The notes under the pieces were generated by a model. It saw only the letters and a program-made list of their open reading frames with translations, did not search any database and was not told the origin of the DNA. Position numbers and translations under genes: made by a program. A stretch of 64,000 bases of DNA. Source: Amoebidium appalachense (lineage: Eukaryota; Protista; Ichthyosporea). The stretch spans positions 10,506,468 to 10,570,467 of the forward strand of contig CAVNZM010000004.1 of the NCBI GenBank assembly GCA_963693365.1, written 5' to 3'. Shown piece by piece: positions 20,207 to 52,022 of this stretch (positions are counted from its first letter, which is position 1; each line of letters starts with the position of its first letter).

Positions 20207-21063
20207 TGCTGGCTGTGTGTGTATACAGAGCAGCCAGTATTTCCTCCACCAACCCGTTAACAGCAAAACCAGAAACCCCATCCGCCGGCACCCCAAACAC
20301 TTTTTCGCACTTTGGGCACATATACTCCGAAAGTACAACATCACCCCGTGCGCCTTGATGGAAGGCGTCGGGAGAGGAATAGCTCTCAACACGTAGAAAC
20401 TGTTTCTGGATTCCGTTTTCCAGCAGCATTTTCGTGTCTTCCTTAGTTTCTTTCTTGGCAAGGGGTCCGACGTCTGCCCGTGCCGTGTTCTCCTCGCGTG
20501 TCAGCCCAAGAAGGGACGGCATTTTCTGCTTTGAATCATGTGCTTGCACGGGTTTGTCTTGTGCTTGTTGTGGTGTGAGGTGAACCTGAAGGCAAGTGTG
20601 GCACATGGAGTGGTGGCAGGGAAGAAGGCAGACGGGTGGCTTCAAGCGGCGGTGGCATGCGGCACAGTCCAGAAACGAGAGGATGGTAGGGGTAAGGGGC
20701 AGCTGTATGGGTTTTATTGGGTGTTAGAAGGTTGAGTATTTGCGCTTCAGCATCGCTCAAACTCAAAGCTTACGCAGCCATTAGCTTTCGCTCAGGTGCA
20801 TCTCTAATTTAACACACGTGCACACAAAACCCAACGCAACCCCTCCGCTTCCTTTATCCACTCCTCCCTCCCTCCCGCCCTCCCTCCACCCTCTCTCCTT
20901 CCCCCCCCCCTCCCCCCCCCTCCCCTCCCCCCCCCCCCTCCCCCCTCCCCCCCCCTCCCACCCCCCCCTCCGCCACCCCCCACCCAACCCCACACCCACC
21001 CTCTTGTCACGCATGCATGTCACATACCATCAGGGCCCCACTGCCCTCTCCTGCGTGCGCCAT
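15215..21063 (-). CDS. RING-finger (C3HC4) and WD40-repeat protein, putative E3 ubiquitin ligase; 3' end unresolved, likely continues below 15215
   Basis: Exons 21063-21028 and 20702-20205 ('DCAAC..PCHHSMCHTC...CPKC...GVSGFAVNGLVEEIL'); possible small exon(s) at about 18.45-18.63 kb; 18288-17052 (acidic linker, then 'ILTGGEDGVIRLWD...AHTG'); 16059-15953 ('SVLSLC..LLSGGTDCIICIWD'); 15472-15215 ('AHRNWVWSL..VSGSLDGTVAIWD'). WD exon phases are consistent. Confidence 0.75.
19097..19272 (-). mobile_element. Diverged copy of the same repeat family in a RING-WD40 intron
   Basis: Shares, in order, TTTGAATGCG, GTACGAAGTAC, ATAAGCAGAGCCCATCCTCAGGG, GAGTTTCGACC and CCAACTCAGA. G-runs on both sides. Confidence 0.65.
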
Positions 21064-21458
21064 GTTGTGACCACGAGTAAGCCCAACTACGTTGAAAACC
21101 AACACAAGGGAACCTAAGCCTGAACGGTCAAAAAATAGTAATTGGGTAGCATAGGCACTGTATACGAGGAAATGTTGTTTTGGCTGTTGTGGCTTTTGTT
21201 TTTCGGGCGGTGGTGTCTGGAAGGACGCCAATCATTGCAGACCATTGTTACCTAATATAGAAAGCGCGCGAAAACGTTCGCTATATATGGCAAGAGACAC
21301 AAAAAGAGATACGTCGACATACTCAACTTGAAAAAAAGAAAGAAAGAAAGAAAGAAGAAAGAAGGGACATAGAAATCTTCTCAACTTGAAGAAAGAAGCG
21401 AGAGAATCATACTCAACTTAAAAGCCTCTGGGTGTATTATAAAGAGCCAACGCTAAAA
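21064..21458. promoter_or_regulatory. Short bidirectional promoter/5'UTR region between the RING-WD40 and DUF952 genes
   Basis: Head-to-head start codons 395 bp apart. No long CA or poly-G tracts. Three copies of CTCAACTT at about 21322, 21380 and 21412. Confidence 0.5.
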
Positions 21459-23307
21459 ATGGAGGACAACATGCTCTACCACTTAGTGCCCTTGTCTACC
21501 TGGAGCGAATGTAAAGCAACGGGCAAGGAATACTATCCTGCAACCTACGCAAAGGATGGGTTCATTCATCTGACAAAGGAGCCCAGGTTTCTGCTGAGTG
21601 TTGCTAATAACTTCTATAAAGGTGGGCGTTGTTGGCTTAATTGTATGCACGTGGATAACTCAGGTTTTTGTTTGGAAAAAAGCATGAGGGGAAACGGACA
21701 CTGCGGAAACAGAGTTGGGTGGGGGAGTGGTTTGTATGTAAAGAAAGGAGAAGAAAGGAGTGGCGTGGGGGGTGGGAGTGGGAGAGAGGGGGGGAAGGAG
21801 AGAGGGGGGGGGGGGGGGGGGGAAGGAGGGAAGGGTGGGGGGGGAGGAGCTTGAAGAGTAAAACAAGAGTCAACGTGATGTGAATGGAGAGGAGTACATG
21901 GACAGCTACGGAAGGATGGTTGAAAAGCGGGAGGGAGAGAAAGGTGCAGATAGCGAAAGCTGGGGGGGGGGGGGGGGGGGGGGGGGGAGGGGGGGGGAGG
22001 GAGAGAAAGAGAAGGGCGGGGGGGGGGGGGGGGGGGAGGTTGCACGTACAGGCCATTGGATGAAGGATCCGGTGAAGGCAAGATTAGAAAGTTACAAGGC
22101 TGGGGCCCAATGAGGCCAGAGGGTAGATGGAAGGATAGAAAGCATAAAGGCATGAATTCACCCTTTTAAAAAGAGAGAAAGAATGTTTAGGGTATGACAA
22201 CAGATAGCTAGCACCAAGCCGTGTGTGAGCAACCTTTGATTTACGTTTTTTGTGCAAGAAACTCAGCTCCTCACGTGTCTCTTTTTTCGAACCGAAAGTA
22301 GGAAAACATGGAGCTCGGTCAATATTTGAAATCTGTAACCTTCACACACATTATTGATGCCCAACACTTACATTACCCTCACAGATGTTAAAGGAGACCA
22401 TGTGGTAGTGCGCCTGGATGCCACAAAACTGAAAGCAGAGGTCAAGTTTGAACCCGCAGCCCCCGTGGGTGATAAAGTGGGACCCCCCCCCCCCCCCCGG
22501 CCCCTCCCCCCTCCCTCCTCCCCCTTGGGCCCGTGGATTCATCTGAATTCCTCAGGTCGCTCTCCCCCCAACACATATACCACCGTCGGCCTCCTTGCAT
22601 TATAGCTTTGTAGTTTGATCCCGTGATGGGATCAGGGTCCGTGGATAGACGGGTTGGTGGGGTTGGGTGCGGCTTGTTTGTTGTGGTGGTGGTAGCGGCA
22701 ACGGTGGGAGGGGGGGCTGAAGAAAAGAAAAACGGTGGTAAACAAACCAAAGAAACTCTTCAGTAGCGATCACTCAAGTGCATCTACTATGGTGGGACGG
22801 CTTTGTGCAAGAAAAGAAAGAACACAAATGAAAGGCCAAGCAAATTAACCGGAGGTGGCATAGGTGAGGGGGAGTTGTCGGGAAAAGGGGAGGGGGGGGG
22901 GGGGGGGGGGGGGGGTTGTTTGCACGTAGAAGCTAATGATATGTCCTGTGTCATTATCCCCTCTGATCCCCCCTCCCCCCTTCCCCCTCACTTTTGGGGG
23001 CGGGGAGGGGGTGGGGGTGGGGGTGGGGGTGGAGATGGGCCGAAGGGTAAAGGGGAGGTTAAAGGATTGAACGGAGGGCGGGGAGGGGAGGGGGGGAGGG
23101 GGGGGGGAGGGGGGGGGGGGGGGGGGATACAAAAGAGTACTTTGTAATAACAAACTTATAACGTGATTTCCATATCAGGCAACCAGCCACAGTGGAATTT
23201 TATTCCCCCACCTGTACGGCACCATCAACTACGATGCAGTGGTGGATGAGCTGCAGGTAGAGAGGGCAGACGACGGCACATACCTGGACATTAAAGGCCT
23301 TGTGTGA
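21459..23307 (+). CDS. DUF952 family protein (127 aa)
   Basis: Exons 21459-21621, 22385-22476, 23179-23307, phases consistent. Family motifs 'LYHLV..W...YYP.TY..DGFIHLT', 'VANNFY', 'L.AEVKFE', 'FPHLYG.IN.DAVV'. Confidence 0.9.
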
Positions 23308-23849
23308 TTGGTATTTAAATTTTAATGGTGTCACTTTGTGTTTTAAAGGTAGAAGTCCCTCAGTAGTAAATACCGGCTGGTACCGGTAGTGGTTGTGTTT
23401 CCCACACGCTCGTTAATGATGTGTATCTATTTTTAAGTGTATGATGTCGGTAACGCTGTACATGTTGTATTCAGATCGTGCAATGTGTGTCTGGATGTAT
23501 ACCTATACATCGGAGGATCTAGATCTGCATATGCATATGTGCGGGTGGGTGTCGGGCATGTGTGTTATGTGCATGAGAGTGAGATAGAGAAAGGTTGTGC
23601 GTGAAAGCGGGTGGCCATGGCTGTCAAAGAGAGGAGGGGGGGGGGGAGGGGGGGGGGGGGGGGGGGGTGAGCGGGATATGTAGAACTGGAGGGATACTAA
23701 AAGTGGGAGGGCCGAGGGGGGGGGGGGGGGGGGAGGAGAGGATACGTGTATAGAGGAATTCGTGAAACCTTTCTTGAGGCAGGTTAATGCAGTGGTGACC
23801 GTTAGCTATAGCCCGGCATGCATCTTGTTCGATAAATGTGAGCATTTCC

Positions 23850-23893
<44 letters not shown>

Positions 23894-24621
23894 CGTTTCT
23901 TGTGTTGTTTCTCAGGCTCTAGGCTCTTTTCTTTATTTCCCTCGTTTTCGTTATCCTTTCAACGTGCATGCGATGGAGGTAACCGTATTAGAATCGTGCG
24001 TGAGTTAAAGCCACCAAAGGCACTTGCAACGAACCTTGTCAGATATGCACATGTATGTGTGCATCTAAAAATAGTTTATTGGGCATCCCATGTGTTACGT
24101 GTGCTTGAAGAGAGAGACAGGACCCCAGAAAGTTTTAATATTATTGATTCACGTCTGAAATAAATTTCGTGTCCTGCACGCCACATAAAAATGCCTCTCA
24201 CTCCTGGTTCCGCAACTACAGAAACCATGAATATACATGTGTTCATTCATTCGGATAGTCAGAAACCCGGTTGCAAAAACACTGGGAAAAGGAACAAAAC
24301 CCAAGTGTACTGTGGAGAAAAAAGATTCCCTCCTCCTATCCACCCCTCCTTTCCCTTTATTTTACGCAACCACCGCTACATAGGAGTCTTAAAGTAGCAT
24401 GAGCACTAAATAATTTATAAAACAATTAAACTGGAAAAAGATAAATTTAGATCCTGTGCGGACGGCAATACACATGAAATTACACTCTGACCTCCTATCA
24501 TCCATGTACGACCACCTCTACCACCAACTGTGCTCTACCATGTTCAACTTTATAATACACAGTCTTTATAGTGCCGTGCTATATATAGTGCATTCGTGGC
24601 CAGTCTGGGCTAATAATAGCA

Positions 24622-44010
<19,389 letters not shown>

Positions 44011-45090
44011 GGCAACTACTGTGTGCACACACTAGCCCGTGCGCCGATAGAAGGTTTGGTTAGGCATGAAGTTGAAGGACACGTGTGAGTGAAGGTCTAA
44101 AAAGTGCAACCTAATATCAACTTCAAGATATTCTGAACGCGTTGGGTTAACTCTACGCTGTCTCCTTAACCCAATACTGATGTGGTACAACACTACATTC
44201 GCTAAGTTCGCTCAGGACCTTGTCTAAGCCTTGCCAGCACTCGCGATGTGTGATGTGTGTGCACGTGTACACATGTTGTGCTGATTGAGCGGGGTGTGAA
44301 ATGTTATACAGTTACAACCCTGTTTGCTTCATTTTGATTGGTGAGACCAAAAGTGAACAGATCGTTGATTGGCTGAAGCCGATTTTACGCAAAACTGGTA
44401 AACTGGTGTCAGAAACCCTGACAGAAAATAAACACGACACCGAGTGGCCTCAGGAGTCACACGCCTGATTAGGTCCGCTTACGCCGCATGGGTCGTGCAT
44501 GGGGAAGCTGTCACACGCAACCATGCAATGGCATGCATGTCAAACCACACCCCCGAGTAAAGCTCAACAGTCAAGGTAAGGCGAGCTCCGCGGTTCAGTC
44601 TTGTCCACATGCGTTTTTGTTCCCTCAGTGCACTGTGACCACCGTAGTGCACTAGTTCATTAAAGTCAAATGTTAACTGTCAAACCGTGATGTATAACGA
44701 GCCAGAATCTAGCTCATTTAAGCTGAAGGGGTTCAGGGGCTATTTCGCCGTGTGTCTAGCCAAGGACGTATCTGCGAAGCAACATCTTTACACAGTACGT
44801 GTAGGGTTAAACCACCAACATTGCACCAAACCATGTGCCGTTGATTTTAGCTCACACTGAACCGTAACACCTTTCTTTCTTCTCTCTTTGTTATTATTCG
44901 CCACATTTCTTCAGGTTTCCCTTGCTTTTTTGGATTCGGCTTCAGCGGAAAAATTTTCTCCAAGAAGCCTTTTTTTTTTTTTTCTCCCCTCCACTTCAGC
45001 TATGTAAATATCTTCTTGAAGAGTCTTTTTTTCTTATTTAGAGCCGCCATATTCACCTCACTTACGTTTTCCACTACTACGACCATCACA
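44011..45090. promoter_or_regulatory. Divergent promoter region between NVL and the orphan gene, with CCAAT-like boxes and a possible 5'UTR intron
   Basis: TGATTGG at about 44335 and 44365. Strong donor AG|GTAAGG at about 44576 and pyrimidine-rich acceptor TTCTTCAG at about 44913. Essentially microsatellite-free. Confidence 0.4.
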
Positions 45091-46563
45091 ATGCCTGCCC
45101 ACACCATTGGTTGGTGGCGTGCTGGCTGGGTGATTTTTACGCTCAAAATGTTAGTTTTTCTCGTTGCTTGTTTATCGACCATAACAGTTGCTTCTGCAAG
45201 CGAATTCAATGACACATCGGGCACACGTATGCACAACGCCCAACATTTATCCCACACACTCCCTCACAGTCCTACTTTAACAACTTCCAACTTTACACAT
45301 TCGAAAGAGCACACATACGTTCACGCGCGTCTGGATTTCGAGACAATCAGCACAACACAAACGCACATGAATGCCGGTGTGCTTGTTGTAAATTTCAAGA
45401 CTGGATCCCACGACTCTAATGAATATCCCGGAAAAATGTTTCCGAAGAATGTCTCACGGAACTCGACCGAAATCGCATCCGCTCACCCTGCTGTTGACTC
45501 TTTCTTCAAGCCAACATACTATTATGACCCCCACGGTCGCCTTCTGACACGAAACATCCCCCACGATGGAATTACAAAGGACGGCGCGACTGGGTGGGTG
45601 GATTTTTTGGTTCGAAAAATTGTAGAAGCGGCAAAATATATGGGGGGATCCATGACCAACAGTTTTGTTTTCCACGAGTCATACAACTCAGTAATGGGGA
45701 AAACAACAGGTAGCCTGTTTTTGTTTTTGGCCGGAGTTTTACTTCCCGAAGACACTTGCATGAGGCTCCCCACGCCAAACTCCAGTCACAATTACAATGT
45801 TGATATTCTGTGGTGGGCAAAATATTGGGGGCCTTATAATATCGACTCCAGTAATGGCAATTTCCCTGCATATTTAAACAGTAAATACGTGTGCACACCT
45901 TTTCCCACTTGGCTTCGTTTGGCAGCAGCGTCCCTTATGGACCTCTTCACCCTATTTTGGTATTTCGCACGAGAAATCTTCATATCCGCCATGTGCCTTC
46001 TGAGAAGCTACTCTGAAAATGCCTGCACCTTGGTATTATTCCTTTACCAACATATCATTCCACCCGTTCTCCACACTATCATGGTTAACACGAGGTGTTT
46101 CGTTGCACAAATCCTAAGGGATGAACTCGCATTCCCGCCGCAACCTGAAGATCTTCAACAGACAATGGCCCTTTTGTCGCTCCCTGGATCACGTGATTTC
46201 CGACCAATCAACGAGCAGTATGCCGTTTCCGCCTATCAGAGCGCGTCTTTAATGGCAAGAACGCAGTTTGACTCTTTCACCCGCGCTTTCACATGTCACG
46301 ATCTTAATTCAAGATACAGCGATCTGATGAATAAACTCGCGCTCCAAATCCATATTCTACCCGCGAGTGCATCTGTATGCAACTATGTTCTTGGGCCGGA
46401 AGATACGCACGTGCGCCGATATAGGAGCAGGGTGGCGATGAGAGAGGATTGGGGCATGCGGATGGTGAGGGGGAGCTGCGACGATCCTGATTGGCCGTAT
46501 CGCATGGCGGGCCTTGCGGGTGCTATTTATAGAACACGCAGGAGCATATTGTGTGGGACCTAA
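45091..46563 (+). CDS. Uncharacterised single-exon protein (490 aa) with N-terminal hydrophobic signal/TM segment
   Basis: 1473-nt open frame of normal complexity from ATG 45091 to TAA. Hydrophobic 'WVIFTLKMLVFLVACLSTITVASA' is followed by several N-x-S/T sequons and further hydrophobic stretches. No family recognised. Confidence 0.7.
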   Translation: MPAHTIGWWRAGWVIFTLKMLVFLVACLSTITVASASEFNDTSGTRMHNAQHLSHTLPHSPTLTTSNFTHSKEHTYVHARLDFETISTTQTHMNAGVLVVNFKTGSHDSNEYPGKMFPKNVSRNSTEIASAHPAVDSFFKPTYYYDPHGRLLTRNIPHDGITKDGATGWVDFLVRKIVEAAKYMGGSMTNSFVFHESYNSVMGKTTGSLFLFLAGVLLPEDTCMRLPTPNSSHNYNVDILWWAKYWGPYNIDSSNGNFPAYLNSKYVCTPFPTWLRLAAASLMDLFTLFWYFAREIFISAMCLLRSYSENACTLVLFLYQHIIPPVLHTIMVNTRCFVAQILRDELAFPPQPEDLQQTMALLSLPGSRDFRPINEQYAVSAYQSASLMARTQFDSFTRAFTCHDLNSRYSDLMNKLALQIHILPASASVCNYVLGPEDTHVRRYRSRVAMREDWGMRMVRGSCDDPDWPYRMAGLAGAIYRTRRSILCGT

Positions 46564-46760
46564 TTAGACTCGTATGGAGGAAGGATCTTGTACCAGCATT
46601 ATGTTTTTTTTTTTTTTTTTTTTTTTTTTTGGGGGGGGGGGGGGTTTGTTTTCATGATCAGGGTCTTTCTTGACAATGTGTTTTCTTTTCTTTTATTTCC
46701 ATTCTTAGTCTTTCTTTCTTTCTTTATTTCTTTCTTTCTTCTTCTTCTTCTTTTTCTTCT

Positions 46761-46817
<57 letters not shown>

Positions 46818-47581
46818 GAGAGGGGGGGGGGGGGGGGGGGAGCAAAACTTGAGTATGACTCTTTTTTTTATGTGCACGTATGTGCGCATGTGTGTATGTG
46901 TGTGTAGGGGGGGGAGGGGGGGGGGGGGGGGAGGCAGTAAGAGTTTTGAGTTTAGGTTTTTTTTTTTTTGGGTGGGGGGGGGGGGGGGGGGGGGCGGGTC
47001 ACGGAGGGGGGGGGAGGGGGGGTTGTACTACACAATATGCAGACCACCACTTTCATATTTCTCGAACCAGTAATGCCTTTTGTACGTGAGTGCATATGAT
47101 ACTTGGTGTTGAAGTTTGGCACCTACAATTTAGAATGCATCGCTATGGTTTTTTCGAGTTAAGACTTTCGTGGGTGGGCAGAAGTGCTTGCTGTTGCAAT
47201 GCGGATTTTTCAGTTAAAAATTCACATTCACTCGATGTTTTTGGGGTTATGTAGGGCTCGATGGCGCACAGTACGAATTGAAAGAATGTGTGTGTGTGCG
47301 TGTGGTGGTGTGGCCTCTGGTGCGGCCTGTGTCCGGGGTGCTGGGGGTGGAACGGTGATGTGACCCCAGCGAGGGAGGGATTCAAATTAAAGGATAAAAC
47401 AGGGGAGAGATAAAAAAGAGAGATTGGAAGAAAGAGAGTTATAGACAGTTATCTAAAGAAGGCAGGATGAAGAACGGGAGGGCAATGTTGTGGCGGGCTC
47501 CGGGGGAGAGGGGGGGGGGGGGAGGGGGGGGGGGGGGGGGGGGGGGGGGGCAACTTCTCATTCGACAACTGTGTGTGTGTG

Positions 47582-47616
<35 letters not shown>

Positions 47617-48210
47617 GGGGGGGGCTAAAAAATTCTCATTCGACAACTGGAGCAGCTGGCTAGGGCCCATGACAAAACCGTCACATGAATACTGAAGTAA
47701 AGGAGCCCATGCACATTGTACAGTATTCTACACATTCTCGGCGTTTTGTACCGGAAATCGCCACGATTTTGTTTTTTACTCATTCTTGTCTTTTGTTGCC
47801 CGAGCGATACATGGTAGTCAAACCGTGTTTCCGATGGGGTATCAAGTCTTCAAGTTGATCAATCCAAAATAACAAGTGAAGAGATCAAGTCTGTGAGATT
47901 CACACACACTGGCATCTATGTATTCCCACATAAATAGAGTAACGTACGGGTGAGCGCTAAAGCTAAGATGGTCAAGAACAGACAGAATAAAATATCCTCT
48001 CAAGTCGGGGTGTATCTTGGAAGTATTTGGAAGTATGGTTCTTGTGCATGCAGTGCCCGTGTGTGTGTGTGTGTGTGCGCGCGCGCGCGTGTGTGTGCGT
48101 GTGCGTGTGCGTGTGCGTGTGCGTGTGCGTGTGCGTGTGCGTGTGCGTGTGCGTGTGTGCGCGTGCGCGTGCGCGTGCGCGTATGCGTGCGCGTATGCGC
48201 GTGCGCGTGC

Positions 48211-48245
<35 letters not shown>

Positions 48246-48626
48246 GTATATTCGTGCATGCAATCAGTAATTGCATGTGTACGTAAGCATAACACCCTCA
48301 CTCATCCACCACACCACAATTCCAGCGATTCCCTGGCAAAAATTTGTAAGTTCCGGCGTCGCTGAGTTTTTGGTGTAAACAAGAAGCAAATTTGGTCTGG
48401 TATGCCTTTCAACACTTGAATGATGGAAATTTAAAAACAGAACACTTCCCCTTCCCCCACACCCCTGTCCCCCCAACCACCACACACACACACACACAAT
48501 CACACAAAATAAAAAAAATAAAAAAAATCAAAAACCATCAACAGCTTTAATGCATATCAAAACTAAACAAAAACACAAAAACAGGGAACAAAGAAATTGG
48601 CGCCTGAACCAACCATTACACACGCT

Positions 48627-49446
48627 CTAGGCACTTCCCGCACCCACTGCAGTCACGTGTTCCCCCATCCCCTCCTGCACCCCTACATTCACACGTGCTT
48701 TGTTCATCACTGCCTCCCCCTTTTGCACGTGTCCGTTTCCATTTCCCTCCTTCATATCATGCGCTCCATTCACCACACCCACATTCCCTTCATCCGCCAC
48801 TTCCGCTCCTTTGGTGTTCGCGTAGCCATCGTGCATTCCATTCTTCATTCCATGCATTCCATCAACAACCAAAGCCACGGGTTTCTCATCCGTGCTGTTG
48901 GGATGACCGACGACCTCTGCAAACGAACGGCGGCGGGTGGTTGCACGTGGGAGGCGGGGAGAAGGTTTACCAAAAAAGGCTATACTCTTGGCCTGGCGAT
49001 TGGCTTCTTCCTCCTCGTCGGCAAGGCCCAGCTCCTCCATGAACAGTGCAAGGTTGTCGATGATCTTTTTTTTTTTTTTTTTGAGAGAAGGGGGAGGGGG
49101 GGGAGGAGGGTGTGGGATATTTGAGAAAGGTGGGGGGCTGGGGAGGGGGGGGGGGGGGGGGGTGTCAAAAAGGAAGACAAGAATTGACACGACTTTCTCC
49201 AAACACTGACCACACATGTGCCTAAAGCATTCGCAAACATGCCCCCACCTGATCATCTCCTTATTGCCTCCCAGGAAAAGATCAAGGCAGGGACACAGGT
49301 CGGTGCTGAAAGTTGCCAGGGACATGCATGTGTACTTACTTAGACTGATTTTTTCTACATCCGTGCGTGTATTCGCACCGGTGCACTGGAAGAGGGGAAG
49401 AAGGCGCAAGAAGGACGGAAGGAGGGGCAGAGGTGCGTGTGTGTGT

Positions 49447-49477
<31 letters not shown>

Positions 49478-49838
49478 GTTACCGCTCGGGGATTTTCCAG
49501 CATAGTGAGGTGAGCAGAGAACCAATCAAGTACGAGCCGAGCATTTGGCATCTGCGCTGCCATCTCCGAAGAGTGATAGGCGGGGGTCATAAAGTCAAAA
49601 ATCCCCCCAACCACGAGTGTAGGGTGATGAATCTCAGACAGCATGTGGTAGACCGAGTGGGAATCGAGTTCCAGAAAATGGCGCCAGAAATTTCCGATAG
49701 TCCTCTCGTCGGCGTTGCAGAGGTATTCGGAGACAAAACCGCTCACATAGTACGTGCCCGCAACCTGAAAGGGTTGAGCACGTGTTTAGGTTAAGACTCA
49801 CATTGATATAGCCGGAAAATCGGAAAATCCATTTTTTT

Positions 49839-49876
<38 letters not shown>

Positions 49877-50169
49877 GGGAGGGGGGACCCCCAAAAAAGC
49901 GAAAAGCTCTATTTTAATCGTTCGGTCTGGGATGCCTGAGTTTGCGTGATTGAAATAATGTTATTGATTCTTTTCACATTGCATGCTTCCCTCCCCCCCC
50001 CCCCCCCCCCCTCCCCCCCCCCCCCCTCCCCCCCCCCCCCCTCCTTTTTGTTCTTTACTTCATTTTTGCACTTCCTTTCCTTCCTTTCACTTTTTCTTGT
50101 TTCCATTTTTGCACTTCTTTTCCTTCCTTTCACTTTTTCTTGTTTCCTTTTCTTTTTTTCTGGGGGAAA

Positions 50170-50210
<41 letters not shown>

Positions 50211-51311
50211 CAGGGGTGGGGGCATGTACGTGGCCATGGGTAGGCGGTGGTGGTGTGGTGAGGGGGAAGTGGAGGAGGAAGGAAAGGGGGGGGGGGGGGG
50301 GGGGGGGGGGCGCATGCAGATCAAAGCAGGAGTAGTAAACTCGGTCCGTCTGCTTTTTTTCTCTTCATTATGCTCTCATTCCTGTTTTTTTTTTGTTTTT
50401 TTTTGTGTGTGGTGTGTGTGTTGGGGGGGGGGGGGGGGGGGGGGGGGGGAGGAGGGGGTGGAGGAGGAAGGGGGTGGAAGGGGGGGGGGGGGGGGGAGGG
50501 GGGGTAAGAGGTTAGAGGGTGTGCACGCACGTTCTTCATGTGGCTGTCGGCAAAGATGAGCGTGTGGAGGGGTGCCAGTGCCTTCATCACCCGCCTAATC
50601 ATTGGCTCAGAACAGGCCAATAGGTGAGGCCGCTGCACCAGCCACGTGACCATTGTGTGCACCAGATCACCGAGCACTGGTATGCGGATGATTGGCTGGA
50701 AGGCGCTGTGGAAGATCTTGCCGTGCGCACCGTTAAGAAGAACAAGTGCCTGTGTGCGCTCTGTCCGTGTGTGTGTGTGTGTGTGCACGTGTGAGTGTGA
50801 GTGTGAGTGTGAGTGTATGTGGAAGTGCGCTGTGTGCATATGTATGTGTGTGTGTGTATTTGTGACTTGCGTTTGTTGTGTAAGCGGTATGCATGTACAT
50901 GGCTATGTCTTTGTGTATCCACATAAGTATTCAGTCAGCGGATAAAAAATAAGATAACCAAAAGAAAAACCCTAGCATGCTCTGTGGCAAGAACTAGAGC
51001 TTATAAGTGCCCCATGACAGAATCGAACATGTACGAGCAGTTAAAACACACCCTACACATACCTTCTGATAGATACCAAAAAAAAAAAAAAAAAAAAAAA
51101 AAAAAGGAGGGGGAGGGGGGGGGGGGGGGGGGGGGGGTTAACAGAGCTTCACCCCTATTCATGCATACACCCATGTGTATAGACCTGGAAGGGTAATATA
51201 TCGTCAACGAGGTTAGATGGCTGTGTGTAGAGTGTGTGGGCGATGTTAATTTTTTAATTTTTTTATTTCTTATGTAATTGTTTGTTATTTTACTTTATTA
51301 TATATATATAT

Positions 51312-51355
<44 letters not shown>

Positions 51356-51779
51356 TTTTCTTTTCTTTTTTTTTTTTTTTTTTTTTTTTGGGGGGGGGGG
51401 GGGGGGGGGAGAGGGGGTGGGAAGAATAAGGAAGGAAGCAGCACATACCAGGGTAGAGGAGTGCAAATTCCAGCGTGACTTGCACCCCCATGCTGTACCC
51501 GACAACCACATCGGCCTTATCGATCCTTTCTGCCTGCATGATTTCCAGCAAATCATTTGCGTGCTCAGGGACAGACAGTCTTCTCAGACGGCTGGGCTGA
51601 CCCGACCCAAAAAGCCCTCTGTAGTCCCATGTGATGAATGTGTATTCGTCGCCATAGTAGTGGATCAGGGGGGAAAACCCGCTAAACCCGTGCACACCCA
51701 GCCCGGCAGCAAGAATAATCACTTTGGAGTTGCCTGTGGGGCTGAGCGGAGGGCCTGCAGCATCCTGTGGGAGCGAAGG

Positions 51780-51826
<47 letters not shown>

Positions 51827-51990
51827 CGTGTGTGTGTGTGTGTGTGTGCGCGCGCGCGCGAAAGGGGGGTGAGGGTGGAGGTGGGGGGGGGGGGGGGGGG
51901 GGGGATGGGGGAGTTTTGTGTGCTGCATTGTCGTAACCATTTTGTTTTTTGTTCATTTGTGACAACTCCCCCCCCCCCCCCCCCAAAAAA

Positions 51991-52022
<32 letters not shown>

